A stretch of DNA of 40,000 nt, taken from contig NZ_LN831304.1 of NCBI RefSeq assembly GCF_001488575.1, positions 52,626-92,625 of the forward strand, in the 5' to 3' direction. The notes beneath the pieces were generated by a model. It worked only from the letters and a program-made list of their open reading frames with translations, made no database searches and was not told where the DNA came from. The first letter of the stretch is position 1; every line of letters begins with the position of its first letter. Source of the stretch: Halobacterium hubeiense. GTDB taxonomy: Archaea; Halobacteriota; Halobacteria; Halobacteriales; Halobacteriaceae. Position numbers and translations under genes: made by a program. Positions 1 to 8,717 of this stretch are shown one piece after another.

Positions 1-34
1 CGATGTCGCCCGCTCCAACGATGATGATGTACAT
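1..34 (-). CDS. 5' end of a gene that runs off the left edge. The N-terminus MYIIIVGAGDI resembles a Rossmann GxGxxG (TrkA-N-like) start.
   Basis: The reverse complement of 1..34 reads ATG TAC ATC ATC ATC GTT GGA GCG GGC GAC ATC. Only 11 codons are visible. Confidence 0.3.
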   Translation of the reverse strand, partial: MYIIIVGAGDI

Positions 35-87
35 GGGTGTAGGTTACCAGATGTTCGTCCGCTCGTCCACCTGGGGTTCCAGTTCGC

Positions 88-531
88 TCACGCCTCGTTC
101 ACCTCGCGGTCGGAAAGGCTTAGAATCGGGACGTTGCTCTCCGTGACGAGCTTGTGGGTGACATCGCCCGTCAGGAGTTTGCGCCAGCGACTCCCGCCGC
201 GCGGTGTGAAGACGATGGCGCTGGCGTCGTTGTCGTGGGCGGCGTCGATAATCGTCGCTGCGACGTCGGTTCCGTACCGGAGGTCCGTTTCCAGCGTCAA
301 TCCTGTATCTTCGAAGCCGTCGGCGAAGACATCGAAGACATCCGACGCGTACTGCTCGCGTTGCGCAACGGACGCTTTGTCGGGCGCGCCGCCGGCTTTC
401 TCGATGACGTGGACGGCAACGACCGTCGAATCCGTGCCCGTCACGTGCGGGACGAGCGCGTCGGCCGTCGTCGCCGCATCGTCGGGTGTAGCGACTGGTG
501 CAACGACGCGACGGAACAACGAGTTCGACAT
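88..531 (-). CDS. Universal stress protein (UspA family)
   Basis: This is the internal ATG of track ORF 88..714. The product MSNSLFRRVVAPV..VAVHVIEKAGGAPDKASVAQRE..ASAIVFTPRGGSRWRKLLTGDVTHKLV has typical Usp architecture. The upstream part of the ORF is Arg/Ser/Thr-rich and non-haloarchaeal in composition. Confidence 0.8.
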   Translation of the reverse strand: MSNSLFRRVVAPVATPDDAATTADALVPHVTGTDSTVVAVHVIEKAGGAPDKASVAQREQYASDVFDVFADGFEDTGLTLETDLRYGTDVAATIIDAAHDNDASAIVFTPRGGSRWRKLLTGDVTHKLVTESNVPILSLSDREVNEA

Positions 532-532
532 C

Positions 533-883
533 TCAGCCACCTCCTGGGTCGCTGTAGACCTTTCCAAGGTAGTGCCACTTGTACTTGCCCTCCCCGCCGT
601 TGACATCCGGCTCCCAGCTGACTCGGTAGGCGAACGGGCCACGACCTTTGCCCGTTTCACCGGGTCGTTCCACGACGGCGATGGTGTACGCGCCGTGGTC
701 CTCGATGCGAACAAGGTCCTCCCCCGGGCGTGACTCGATGGCGTCAGTTAGCGGCGGATGCGCTCGGAGGAGCTGTTGCGCGTAGTGAATAATCTCCCGG
801 AGTTCCGCATCACTGCAGCCTTCGAGCGTTGTTGCGACGTCCGTCGGGATGCTGTCTGGAGGGTCGATATGTGATGGTGTCAT
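533..883 (-). CDS. Hypothetical protein, tightly coupled upstream of usp
   Basis: A 116-aa acidic ORF whose stop lies 1 nt from the usp start. I recognised no family. Confidence 0.55.
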   Translation of the reverse strand: MTPSHIDPPDSIPTDVATTLEGCSDAELREIIHYAQQLLRAHPPLTDAIESRPGEDLVRIEDHGAYTIAVVERPGETGKGRGPFAYRVSWEPDVNGGEGKYKWHYLGKVYSDPGGG

Positions 884-1120
884 GGGTTAGCCGGTCACTT
901 CAGTTCGGAACCCGTAGTTGGGTGTCAGACCGATTTGTTGCGGATTCGGTGTCGGCTATTCCCCAGATAGATTGCCGCCACGCAATAAGAGTTGGCATTA
1001 TATTTTTGCAAGCGAAATATCTAGGGTGAATTTTTTAATTTGCAAAATATGCATAAGGTATGGTGACAAGTGTGCGGAGATACAATAGTGGATTGTGCAC
1101 TCACAAATCGGGGATTAGTT

Positions 1121-1888
1121 ATGCGTTCTAACCCTAGTACAAGTATGGAATATCGGGTCGATGAGATTGACAAGCGGATCCTCTATCATCTAGCGCGTGA
1201 CGCCCGGAACACGACAGCCGCGGAGATTGCCGAGGAAATGGAGGTGACCGCGGCAACGATCCGGAACCGAATCCATCAACTCGAAGCGGAGGGCGTGCTG
1301 CGCGGATATCTGGCGGACATCAACTACAAATCTATCGAGGGACGCGTCACCTACCAGTTCAGCTGTACGGCCCCGATTCCCGACCGCGACCGACTTGCTC
1401 AAGCCGCACTAGAGATTTCTGGCATCGTGTCCGTCCGAGAGCTGATGACAGGAAAGACGAATATTGCAGTCACCGCGGTCGGGTCGAATACGGACGACAT
1501 CAGCCGTATCGCGGGCGAACTCTCCGATATCGGGTTAGAGATTGAAGACGAGAGCGTCGTCGAAGGCGAGTACCATCAGCCGTACAACCCATTTGGCCCA
1601 GATGATGTCCCCGTCGGGCCGTCGCTCACGGATTTCATGAGTCTTGCTGGCGGCGCTGAGGTCGTCGAGTTCACGGTCTCAGAAGGCGCGGAAGTTACGG
1701 GGCTCACCATCGAGGAGGCAGTCAACGAGGGCCTGCTGGCTGATGAGATGTTGGTGGTTGGCATCGAACGCGACGGCGACATCCTAACACCGAAAGGCGA
1801 AACCAAAATTGAAACTGGCGATGTCATTTCACTATTCTCGAAATCCGGGCTGGAGAAAGAGGCGCTAGAAGTATTCGGCACCCAATAA
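1121..1888 (+). CDS. Lrp/AsnC-type HTH regulator fused to a C-terminal TrkA-C (RCK_C) domain
   Basis: The sequence DEIDKRILYHLARDARNTTAAEIAEEMEVTAATIRNRIHQLEAEGVL is an Lrp-type HTH. The C-terminus AEVVEFTVSEGAEVTGLTIEE..MLVVGIERDGDILTPKGETKIETGDVISLF is TrkA-C-like. The start could also be ATG 1145. Confidence 0.8.
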   Translation: MRSNPSTSMEYRVDEIDKRILYHLARDARNTTAAEIAEEMEVTAATIRNRIHQLEAEGVLRGYLADINYKSIEGRVTYQFSCTAPIPDRDRLAQAALEISGIVSVRELMTGKTNIAVTAVGSNTDDISRIAGELSDIGLEIEDESVVEGEYHQPYNPFGPDDVPVGPSLTDFMSLAGGAEVVEFTVSEGAEVTGLTIEEAVNEGLLADEMLVVGIERDGDILTPKGETKIETGDVISLFSKSGLEKEALEVFGTQ

Positions 1889-1939
1889 CGGGGTCCTGAT
1901 TATAACACAGCCTATGCAAGCAGTATCAGGGTGGAACGC

Positions 1940-2056
1940 ATGAAATGCGGGCGCTGTAGCAGAAATACGACGGTCGAACACTACGAAGTGGACGGATACA
2001 CTGGCTACCTCTGCGAAGAGTGTGTCGAAACGTGGGATCGAATCCAGTCGGAGTGA
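1940..2056 (+). CDS. Small CxxC..CxxC zinc-finger protein (38 aa), below the ORF-track cutoff
   Basis: Translated by hand as MKCGRCSRNTTVEHYEVDGYTGYLCEECVETWDRIQSE, with two CxxC pairs. Confidence 0.45.
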   Translation: MKCGRCSRNTTVEHYEVDGYTGYLCEECVETWDRIQSE

Positions 2057-2322
2057 TTTCGAGTATTCTCTGCGGCTGTCTATCTCGGTAGATAGTACGA
2101 ACAGATTTTCTGGTGGGTTAGCTATAGTTCTAATACCCAGTAATATGCCGTATTAAACGCTTTATCAGCGCAACACGCCCATAGAGATTCTACTAGTAGC
2201 TATACGGTTTGGAACGCCCACGTGCTTTTCTTTACCACTCTGTTGTAGTCGGGGACACTACGGTGACCCAAGCACCTCATTCTGAGCCACAATCCATCTG
2301 AATCGAGGTCGTACTCGATAGC

Positions 2323-2349
2323 GTTTATTGACCCCTCGATGGGTGAGGG
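2323..2349 (+). promoter_or_regulatory. T-box/hairpin module n (weak stem), upstream of tfb
   Basis: GTTTATTGA-CCC(C)-tcGATGGGTGA-GGG. The loop matches the family consensus, but the stem is only 3 bp. Confidence 0.45.
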
Positions 2350-2389
2350 ACTCGCTGTACTGGCGGGTTCCCGAAACACGGTGAGAACG

Positions 2390-3316
2390 ATGGCAACTAG
2401 AGACATCTACGAGAGCGGATTCGACGAGGACGTCCGAACGGAATCGAGTGCGAACCAGTGTCCCGAGTGCGACGGTCGAGTCACCACGAACGCGGTCGAA
2501 ACGGTCTGCGAGGACTGTGGCCTGGTCATCGACGAACAGCGCATCGATCACGGGCCGGAGTGGCGGGCGTACGACGACGAGGAGCGCGAGCGAACGGGCG
2601 CTCCACTCACTGCGGCCCGCCACGATCGCGGCCTGTCGACGGAGATCGGTCGCGGCACCGACGCGAAGGGGAACGAGATCTCTGGGCAGAAGCGACGGCG
2701 ACTCGCACGGATGCGCCGTGAACAGACCCGAGGGCGCTGGCGGTCGAAAGCGGAACGGAATCTCGCACACGGGTTGGGCGAGGTGCGTCGGTTGGCGAGT
2801 GCGCTCGAACTCTCTGATTCGGTCCGCGACCAAGCGTGTCAGCTCTTCCGGAGCGCCCAGAACGAGGATCTGCTTCGTGGCAGGTCCATCGAGGCCATCG
2901 CCGCGGCCAGCGTCTACGGGGCCTGCCGGTGCAACGGCCTCTCGCGGTTGGTGGATGACGTCAGCGAGATGGCCCGCGTCGCGGAGTCACGGGTTACGAA
3001 CGCGTACAAAACGTTGAACGAGGAGCTGGGCCTCCCCGCTGAGCCCGTCTCCCCCAGCATGTTCGTGCCGCGCCTCGCCTCGGACCTCGAGTGTCCGGAC
3101 GAGATCCGACAGCGGGCCCGAACGCTCGCGGAGCAGGCCGAGGAGCGCGGCGTCACGACGGGCGTCCATCCGGCCGGGTTCGCAGCGGCCTGCCTCTACA
3201 AGGCCGGTCGCAAGGAGGGGCGATGGCTGACGCAATCCGAGGCCGCGGACGTGGCGAACGCCTCGAAGGCGACTGTTCGGGCACACCGAGATACCTTAGA
3301 GGAGCAGGTGGCCTGA
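2390..3316 (+). CDS. tfb: Transcription initiation factor IIB (TFB)
   Basis: The N-terminal zinc ribbon is CPECDGRVTTNAVETVCEDCGLV, followed by two cyclin-like repeats (GRSIEAIAAASVYGACR, GVHPAGFAAACLYKAG). ATG 2390 was chosen over the in-frame ATG 2339. Confidence 0.9.
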   Translation: MATRDIYESGFDEDVRTESSANQCPECDGRVTTNAVETVCEDCGLVIDEQRIDHGPEWRAYDDEERERTGAPLTAARHDRGLSTEIGRGTDAKGNEISGQKRRRLARMRREQTRGRWRSKAERNLAHGLGEVRRLASALELSDSVRDQACQLFRSAQNEDLLRGRSIEAIAAASVYGACRCNGLSRLVDDVSEMARVAESRVTNAYKTLNEELGLPAEPVSPSMFVPRLASDLECPDEIRQRARTLAEQAEERGVTTGVHPAGFAAACLYKAGRKEGRWLTQSEAADVANASKATVRAHRDTLEEQVA

Positions 3317-3430
3317 CGACGTGCGGAATCCTAAAGCGGTGTCTGCAGTAGAACTGGCCGACCGCTAATTCCGGCACGTGGGCAGTACACCCAGCAACGC
3401 TGCGATAGCTCTCGCTTTACAAATATTGCG

Positions 3431-3577
3431 CTACGATCGTTGTTCACGGACGCCATCACGGCCACGAGTCATATCCTCACAGTTCGGACATACACGGGGA
3501 CTCTCAACGGAATCCGGAGTAAATACACGAACGTAGACCTCCGTGACATGGCTGCCGCAGTTCTGACATTCCGCCAT
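3431..3577 (-). CDS. Small zinc-ribbon protein (CPxCG-related)
   Basis: MAECQNCGSHVTEVYVRVFTPDSVESPRVCPNCEDMTRG. This uses an internal ATG of track ORF 3431..3661. Confidence 0.55.
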   Translation of the reverse strand: MAECQNCGSHVTEVYVRVFTPDSVESPRVCPNCEDMTRGRDGVREQRS

Positions 3578-3741
3578 ACCAATAGCAGACATATCATCTA
3601 TCATAAGCCTTCTGACAGCGGGGTCTGAATGATATCGAGGCGTCTGAACAATTGCGTTCACTCAGAGCGGTATCTGTTGCATGACCGTCCAGTAGTCCCA
3701 ACCCAACTGTCGATACGGAAAGCTGACACTCTACTCGCCGT

Positions 3742-3774
3742 GTTTTAAGTACGGTGTCCGACGTGTAGTACCGT
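3742..3774 (+). promoter_or_regulatory. T-box/hairpin variant o, abutting the tbp ATG
   Basis: GTTTTAAGT-ACGGT-gtccgacgtgtagt-ACCGT-ATG. It has the same architecture and spacing as the family, but the loop is divergent. Confidence 0.35.
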
Positions 3775-4335
3775 ATGGGCGTGCCCGTGGAGACGATTCA
3801 CGTCGAGAACGTCGTCGCGTCCAGTGATGTCGGCCAAGAACTCGCCCTCGACCAACTCGCTATTGATCTCGACGGCGCCGACTACAGGCCAGAGGACTTC
3901 CCCGGGGTCGTCTACCGCCTCCAGGAGCCGAAGGCAGCCGCGCTAATATTCCGCTCGGGGAAAGTCGTCTGCACCGGCGCCAAAAGCGTCGACGACGTCC
4001 ACGAATCCCTCGAAATCGTCTTCGCCGACCTCCGTGAGTTAGGGGTCGACGTCGCCGATAGTCCGGCGATTACGGTGCAGAACATCGTCTCCAGTGCCAG
4101 TCTCGAGCAGTCGCTAAACTTGAACGCAATCGCAATCGGGCTGGGATTAGAGCAAGTCGAATACGAACCGGAACAGTTCCCCGGCCTCGTCTACCGCCTC
4201 GACGACCCCGACGTCGTCGTTCTTCTTTTCGGCAGTGGGAAGCTCGTCATTACTGGTGGGAACGAAACAGAAGAGGCCCAGCAAGCGCTCATCCACGTGC
4301 AGGACCGGCTTTCCGAACTCGGCCTATTTGACTAA
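3775..4335 (+). CDS. tbp: TATA-box binding protein (TBP)
   Basis: A two-repeat TBP fold is visible: IENVVASSDVGQELALDQLAIDL..FPGVVYRL..ALIFRSGKVVCTGAKS, repeated as VQNIVSSASLEQSLNLNAIAIGL..FPGLVYRL..LLFGSGKLVITGG. Confidence 0.92.
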   Translation: MGVPVETIHVENVVASSDVGQELALDQLAIDLDGADYRPEDFPGVVYRLQEPKAAALIFRSGKVVCTGAKSVDDVHESLEIVFADLRELGVDVADSPAITVQNIVSSASLEQSLNLNAIAIGLGLEQVEYEPEQFPGLVYRLDDPDVVVLLFGSGKLVITGGNETEEAQQALIHVQDRLSELGLFD

Positions 4336-4820
4336 GCCGGCCAGCTAGGAAGCGAGGGCGTCTCATTCTCCCAGCGAATCGCCGCTAACGCGGATGAGAA
4401 CTGCTGAAGCCGGTTATCAAGTGCGGCAAGTGGGTGCACATCGAGAAACGACGCGCTATGCCGATCGACAGGCGTGTCTTCGTGGTTGAGCTGGATGTGA
4501 CAGGGCCCAAGGTCTGGATGGTCGGCGTCCTGGTGGAAGCCGAGCATCAGGTTTCTCTCCGGTTCTATCCAGTTGATGCGGTAGTATTCGTGGTCGACGC
4601 CGGCGGGGTACCAGAAGCGAATCTCCAGTCGTGCGGTCGCCGCGCCGTAAGAGTTACTCAGGAACGTCGTCGGATCGACATCCGCGGTGACGTACCGGGG
4701 TCGGCGTCGAGACGGGCGATAGCGCACATCCTCACACCCAGCTTGATTCGTCAACCGGTCGTGAACGTCGCGAAGAAGGGTCCGCTGTGTATAGCGGTCG
4801 CGACCAGCGAGAAAGATCAT
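4332..4820 (-). CDS. Hypothetical protein, possibly a TumE/DUF6516-like toxin component
   Basis: The motif YRINWIEPERNLMLGFHQDADHPDLGPCHIQLNHED resembles the His-rich core I recall for TumE-family proteins. The assignment is from memory only. Confidence 0.5.
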   Translation of the reverse strand: MIFLAGRDRYTQRTLLRDVHDRLTNQAGCEDVRYRPSRRRPRYVTADVDPTTFLSNSYGAATARLEIRFWYPAGVDHEYYRINWIEPERNLMLGFHQDADHPDLGPCHIQLNHEDTPVDRHSASFLDVHPLAALDNRLQQFSSALAAIRWENETPSLPSWPA

Positions 4821-4837
4821 TCTGTGAGAGAGGAGGA

Positions 4838-5398
4838 TTAGCTCGTGGCGCGGTCGGCCATGTCGGCCATCTGTTCGCGGGCGGCTTCGACGTCAGAGTA
4901 GAGTTCTAGTGCGTGCTTGATGAGGCGGCGATCCTCCTTGTTCTCACGCCAGAACGCAATGACGTCGCGACGCTCGCGCAGCTCCGCACTTGCGAGGTCG
5001 CTGTCAGCGAGCGACTGTTCGAGCTCCTCCCACGTCTCAACGTCGTAGGTTGCCTGCCACTCCTCGATCTCCTCGGTGATCGCGGCCAATTCGCTCCGCA
5101 GCTCCTCGCGCGTGTTTTCCTTGATGAGCGTACGGATCTCCTCGAAGAGCAGACGCGTGTAGTCAGGCTGGTAACGTGTCGTATCGCCGGCCTCGACGCG
5201 ACGCAGCTGCCCCTGGTCGACGAGATCCTGGAGTTCCTCGTTGGTCGTACTCCAGGCAGCGTCGGCCTGTTCGCTAATCCAGTTGACCGTCCGCGGTTCG
5301 CGAAGCGTCTCGGCGACCGCCCGAATGCGGTCGCGGGCGCTCATCGACTCAGTCCACGACTGGACCCCATCTCGCGAAGATTCGGGCATGCTTGGCAC
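4838..5398 (-). CDS. Winged-helix / coiled-coil protein, upstream partner of 4332..4820
   Basis: REPRTVNWISEQADAAWSTTNEELQDLVDQGQLRRV looks like a wHTH. The rest is a long acidic helical region. Confidence 0.6.
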   Translation of the reverse strand: MPSMPESSRDGVQSWTESMSARDRIRAVAETLREPRTVNWISEQADAAWSTTNEELQDLVDQGQLRRVEAGDTTRYQPDYTRLLFEEIRTLIKENTREELRSELAAITEEIEEWQATYDVETWEELEQSLADSDLASAELRERRDVIAFWRENKEDRRLIKHALELYSDVEAAREQMADMADRATS

Positions 5399-5513
5399 CT
5401 CTTACGACAGTGTTCGCACCCTATACCCATATATGTTTGTACTCTCTCGCATAATCAAGAGGATGTTGTGAGCGAGGGCGTCCGGACGTTGAAATGCGAT
5501 AACGGCAGAAGCT

Positions 5514-6422
5514 ATGAGCCAACCGATGTACAACCGATATTCCGACTTTGAGGAACTGCGGCCGACCGGCGAGGCGTCCCACATTCCGGACACGAGGCTG
5601 GACGAGGGGTGTGAAGGTGACCCCCGGCGGCAACGCGTCGCGACGAGCTCTGGTGGCTACCCCGATGCGCCGACGGTAACCGATGGCGAGTGCCAGTCGT
5701 GTGGGGCGTCAGTCCCAGACGGCCAGACGAAATGCCGGTTCTGTCTCACCAACCATCTCGATGGTGACGCCACTAGCACGAACGAGACAGCGTCGACGAC
5801 GTTCCTCGGCATCGTCCACCTGGTCGTCGAGTCGACCACGTTCTACGGCGCCGTGGCGAAGGGCGGCGCCGCGGCGAACCTCCTCACCGCCAATGAGGCG
5901 GAGCCGGCCGTCGACGACTACACGCTCATCTACGACCTCGACGAGGCGCCAGCGCGCCATCTGGTCGAGCAATGGCCCTCACTTCCCGACGCGGTACAGG
6001 TGTCGTCAGCGGAGGGTGAGCGGCTTCTCAGTGCCGCCCATGACCGGACTGGGTGGCACGGCCAAGAAGCGTCGGAGCGTCCGGAGCAGGCCCCGACGCG
6101 CCTCTACGACCTGCGTGGGGACGGCATCCGCGGCGCGTCGCGTCTCGACGCGGTCCTCGACGACGCCGTCGACGCGGTGTGGCTGGTTCCAGCGATGGCG
6201 CTGACCGAATCTACTGGCGAAGCTGGGGCTGATCGGCAAGAGTCGTCGGTACCGACGACGCAGGAACTCGACTGTCAAACCTGTGGAGGGGCGACCGACC
6301 ATCAGTTCAAGACCCACGAGTCGGTCCCGGATGAAGCGTGGACGGGGCAACCGATCTGGGAGTGTCGGGTGTGTGGCTCGGCTCGCTACGGACCCAGCAA
6401 AGCGGGTTATGACTCGTCTTAA
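5514..6422 (+). CDS. Hypothetical protein with two zinc-ribbon motifs
   Basis: CQSCGASVPDGQTKCRFC lies near the N-terminus and CQTCGG..WECRVCGSARYGP at the C-terminus. Composition is acidic. Confidence 0.6.
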   Translation: MSQPMYNRYSDFEELRPTGEASHIPDTRLDEGCEGDPRRQRVATSSGGYPDAPTVTDGECQSCGASVPDGQTKCRFCLTNHLDGDATSTNETASTTFLGIVHLVVESTTFYGAVAKGGAAANLLTANEAEPAVDDYTLIYDLDEAPARHLVEQWPSLPDAVQVSSAEGERLLSAAHDRTGWHGQEASERPEQAPTRLYDLRGDGIRGASRLDAVLDDAVDAVWLVPAMALTESTGEAGADRQESSVPTTQELDCQTCGGATDHQFKTHESVPDEAWTGQPIWECRVCGSARYGPSKAGYDSS

Positions 6423-6460
6423 CCAACATAGCGACACAGAAACACACCAATGTTGGTTAA
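6419..6460. repeat. Conserved-arm palindrome 1: TTAACCAACAT-N20-ATGTTGGTTAA
   Basis: It has 11-bp perfect arms. The left arm overlaps the TAA stop of 5514..6422. Confidence 0.8.
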
Positions 6461-6499
6461 CGAGCAGGCCCCGTCCGACAGCTACCCGCAGCCGGAGAG

Positions 6500-6529
6500 G
6501 TTTCTCTGCGCCGTGAATCGGCGAGGCGC
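6500..6529 (+). promoter_or_regulatory. T-box/hairpin module j
   Basis: GTTTCTCT-GCGCC-gtgaatcggcga-GGCGC, 5 nt before ATG 6535. Confidence 0.55.
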
Positions 6530-6534
6530 TTCAC

Positions 6535-6723
6535 ATGGATCCACGCAACACACCCGGATATCGACTGCATCGCTCACTCACCAATCTCAAACGCATCGAG
6601 ACGGCCGGACTCGACGACGCAGATCAGGAGCGGATCGAGGCAGCGAGAGCTCTCCTGCAAGACGTGAGTCTGCTCTCCCAGCCGGAACACAGCGGGGACG
6701 CCGGAACACAGATCGAGTCCTGA
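6535..6723 (+). CDS. Small hypothetical protein (62 aa)
   Basis: The ORF starts 5 nt after module j. I recognised no family. Confidence 0.4.
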   Translation: MDPRNTPGYRLHRSLTNLKRIETAGLDDADQERIEAARALLQDVSLLSQPEHSGDAGTQIES

Positions 6724-6766
6724 GCGGCGGTATAACGATGAATCCGGATGTCTCGCTCCTGAGGCT

Positions 6767-6796
6767 GTTTATTGCCCCCCAGAAGGGGTGCGGGGG
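6767..6796 (+). promoter_or_regulatory. T-box/hairpin module a, upstream of the large TnpB-like gene
   Basis: GTTTATTGC-CCCCC-agaaGGGGTGC-GGGGG. Confidence 0.65.
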
Positions 6797-6817
6797 AGAG
6801 AACCACGAGGCCAACAA

Positions 6818-8626
6818 ATGACCCACCTCACTGAACAATTCCATATTCCCCGAGAGTATCACGCCGCCTGTTCCCGAATCCTAGAGCTCGGGCAACGCCA
6901 TCTCCGTCGATTGCTCAAGGAGGAATACTGGCGAGACAGGCACCTCGAAGCGATTCAGTCCCGCGATAGCAACGACCACACCTACGTCCGAGACGACGAG
7001 TACGAGCCGTTCGAGGACACAGACGCATACCTCTACAACCGATTCAAGCGATGTATCTACCATCGTGTTACTCGGATTCTAAAAGCTCATCGTGAGAAGT
7101 ACCGTGCCTTCCGATTCATCATCGACACTGTCGAGGAACGCAAAATCAGGCGGGTTGGATGGCAGCAGCTTCGAAGCCGCCTATTCGATAGTGGCGACTC
7201 ACCGTACATTCAGTGGAGCAATATCGAAACCGTCGTCGAGCAGCTAAACAATCATTACGACCGGCATGGCCGATTTCCTGAAGCATACACGGACCTCGTC
7301 GACTGTCCCCAGCCCGACGACACGGTTCCCTTCGGCCCGGACAGCCGTGGAGACGTCCACGATGTCCAAGTCACGGACGGAGACGTCATGGTGACGCTGA
7401 AGGCGCCGGATTCGCTATCGCCCAACTCGTATTCCGACTGGATAGAGCACGAAATACGGTTCCCAGCCCACCAACGGTTCAACGAGATGCTTGAGGCAGG
7501 GGAGCTGAAAGCGCCGACACTGCATTCCTCCGAACACGGCTATACGCTGGACGTGCCAGTGGATATTCCCGAGACCCCCGTTGACACCACTTCCGACCGT
7601 GTTCTCGCTGTGGACCTCGGCGTGAAAAAGCAGGCGACTGCGGTTGTGCTGGAAGGGTCTGAAGACAGGAAGGAGGAATCCCAGATCGCGCCACCCAACT
7701 TCGTCGACCACCACGCGAAGGACAAACTGTTTCGAGTGAAAGCCGACGCCGAGGGCATAGACAGCCGCCTTGCCGAACTCCGCCAACAGGGCAAGAGCCA
7801 TACCGAGCAGTTCGCTCACCTCCTCAACGAATATCGCCGGACGCGACGGAAGGAGCGACGTCTCCGCGACCAGATCCAGCACGATGTAGCAAATCAGCTG
7901 GTGTGGCTCGCGGCCGTTCACGAGTGCGAGACGATCGTCCTCGAGTCGCTAGGGCAGTTTGAGGCCGAAGAGACGGGTGGTGTCACGGCATGGAGCATCT
8001 CGACGTGGGCCCATGGGAAGTTACTTGAGCTGCTTCGGTACAAGGGTGACCTCCTCGGGCTCGACGTCGAGACGGTGAATCCCTGGGGGACATCACGCTA
8101 CTGTCCGCGATGTGGCGAACGCGGCAAGACCGTGAAGTCCCCGACCGATCACACCGAGTTACGCAACGGCGGCCACTTCTACTGTCCCAGCTGTGAGTAT
8201 GAGTGCGACCGAGATGTGGTCGGCGCGGTCAACGTCGGACGAAAACACCTCTCTGGGAGTCGGATGGAAACGGCGAATCCCTGTGTCTACACGGCGCGGG
8301 GAAATCACGCCAGCTTTCCATCACGCCGCACCTGCGAGCGTGTCCGTTCTGATGCCGGCACGGAGGAACCAGAACCCGTGTCGGTGCCTGGCGTTCAGTC
8401 CGCGGCCAGCAGTGAACAGGATCCGGCGAGTGGCCGTCAGACCCGATTGTCCGAGTACCGTTCTTCGTCCCTCAGTACGATACGAAGCCGGGCAGAGGGA
8501 GGACTGCAACAAAATCAGAGCAGGAAGACGGGACTGCGGTGTCCCAGCGGGAGCATTACGAGGCAGTGCTTGCTCGCCAGCACGACCGATTCCCATGAGA
8601 TGCTTCCAAATCCTGCCGAAAATTAG
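6818..8626 (+). CDS. Large TnpB/Cas12-like RuvC nuclease (IS200/IS605 OrfB superfamily) with an extended N-terminus and an Arg/Ser-rich tail
   Basis: The RuvC-I motif is RVLAVDLGVKK and RuvC-II is ETIVLESLGQF. The zinc ribbon is CPRCG..YCPSCEYECDRDVVGAVNVGRK, which includes the RuvC-III Asp. ATG 6818 was chosen over GTG 6788, which lies inside the module hairpin. Confidence 0.8.
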   Translation: MTHLTEQFHIPREYHAACSRILELGQRHLRRLLKEEYWRDRHLEAIQSRDSNDHTYVRDDEYEPFEDTDAYLYNRFKRCIYHRVTRILKAHREKYRAFRFIIDTVEERKIRRVGWQQLRSRLFDSGDSPYIQWSNIETVVEQLNNHYDRHGRFPEAYTDLVDCPQPDDTVPFGPDSRGDVHDVQVTDGDVMVTLKAPDSLSPNSYSDWIEHEIRFPAHQRFNEMLEAGELKAPTLHSSEHGYTLDVPVDIPETPVDTTSDRVLAVDLGVKKQATAVVLEGSEDRKEESQIAPPNFVDHHAKDKLFRVKADAEGIDSRLAELRQQGKSHTEQFAHLLNEYRRTRRKERRLRDQIQHDVANQLVWLAAVHECETIVLESLGQFEAEETGGVTAWSISTWAHGKLLELLRYKGDLLGLDVETVNPWGTSRYCPRCGERGKTVKSPTDHTELRNGGHFYCPSCEYECDRDVVGAVNVGRKHLSGSRMETANPCVYTARGNHASFPSRRTCERVRSDAGTEEPEPVSVPGVQSAASSEQDPASGRQTRLSEYRSSSLSTIRSRAEGGLQQNQSRKTGLRCPSGSITRQCLLASTTDSHEMLPNPAEN

Positions 8627-8697
8627 AACGGCTACGATGACTTTGAGGTGAACGATACTTGTGGAGTTCCGGGATTACGAGGGTGGGATCATGAACC

Positions 8698-8717
8698 ACG
8701 AGTTCTTACGAGAACTC
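8698..8717 (+). other. Perfect hairpin CGAGTTCT-tacg-AGAACTCG, 72 nt downstream of the large TnpB-like ORF
   Basis: Read directly from the sequence. AGAACTCG recurs at 8738..8745. It could belong to a guide-RNA scaffold or act as a terminator. Confidence 0.4.

Noticed and set aside
2339-2389. The upstream in-frame ATG 2339 as the tfb start
   Set aside because: This ATG lies inside the module loop (cgATGGGTGA), and the added 17 residues are unlike TFB N-termini. ATG-like triplets in the loops of modules c, d, g and m open only very short ORFs. The ATG therefore looks like part of the motif rather than a start codon. The call is not certain.
5405-5445. A module-like AGGGTGC on the minus strand, upstream of 4838..5398 (revcomp: catatatgggtatAGGGTGCgaacac)
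   Set aside because: It has only the hexamer. It lacks flanking complementary stems and the GTTT box at the right distance, and a conventional TATA (catatat) is present instead.
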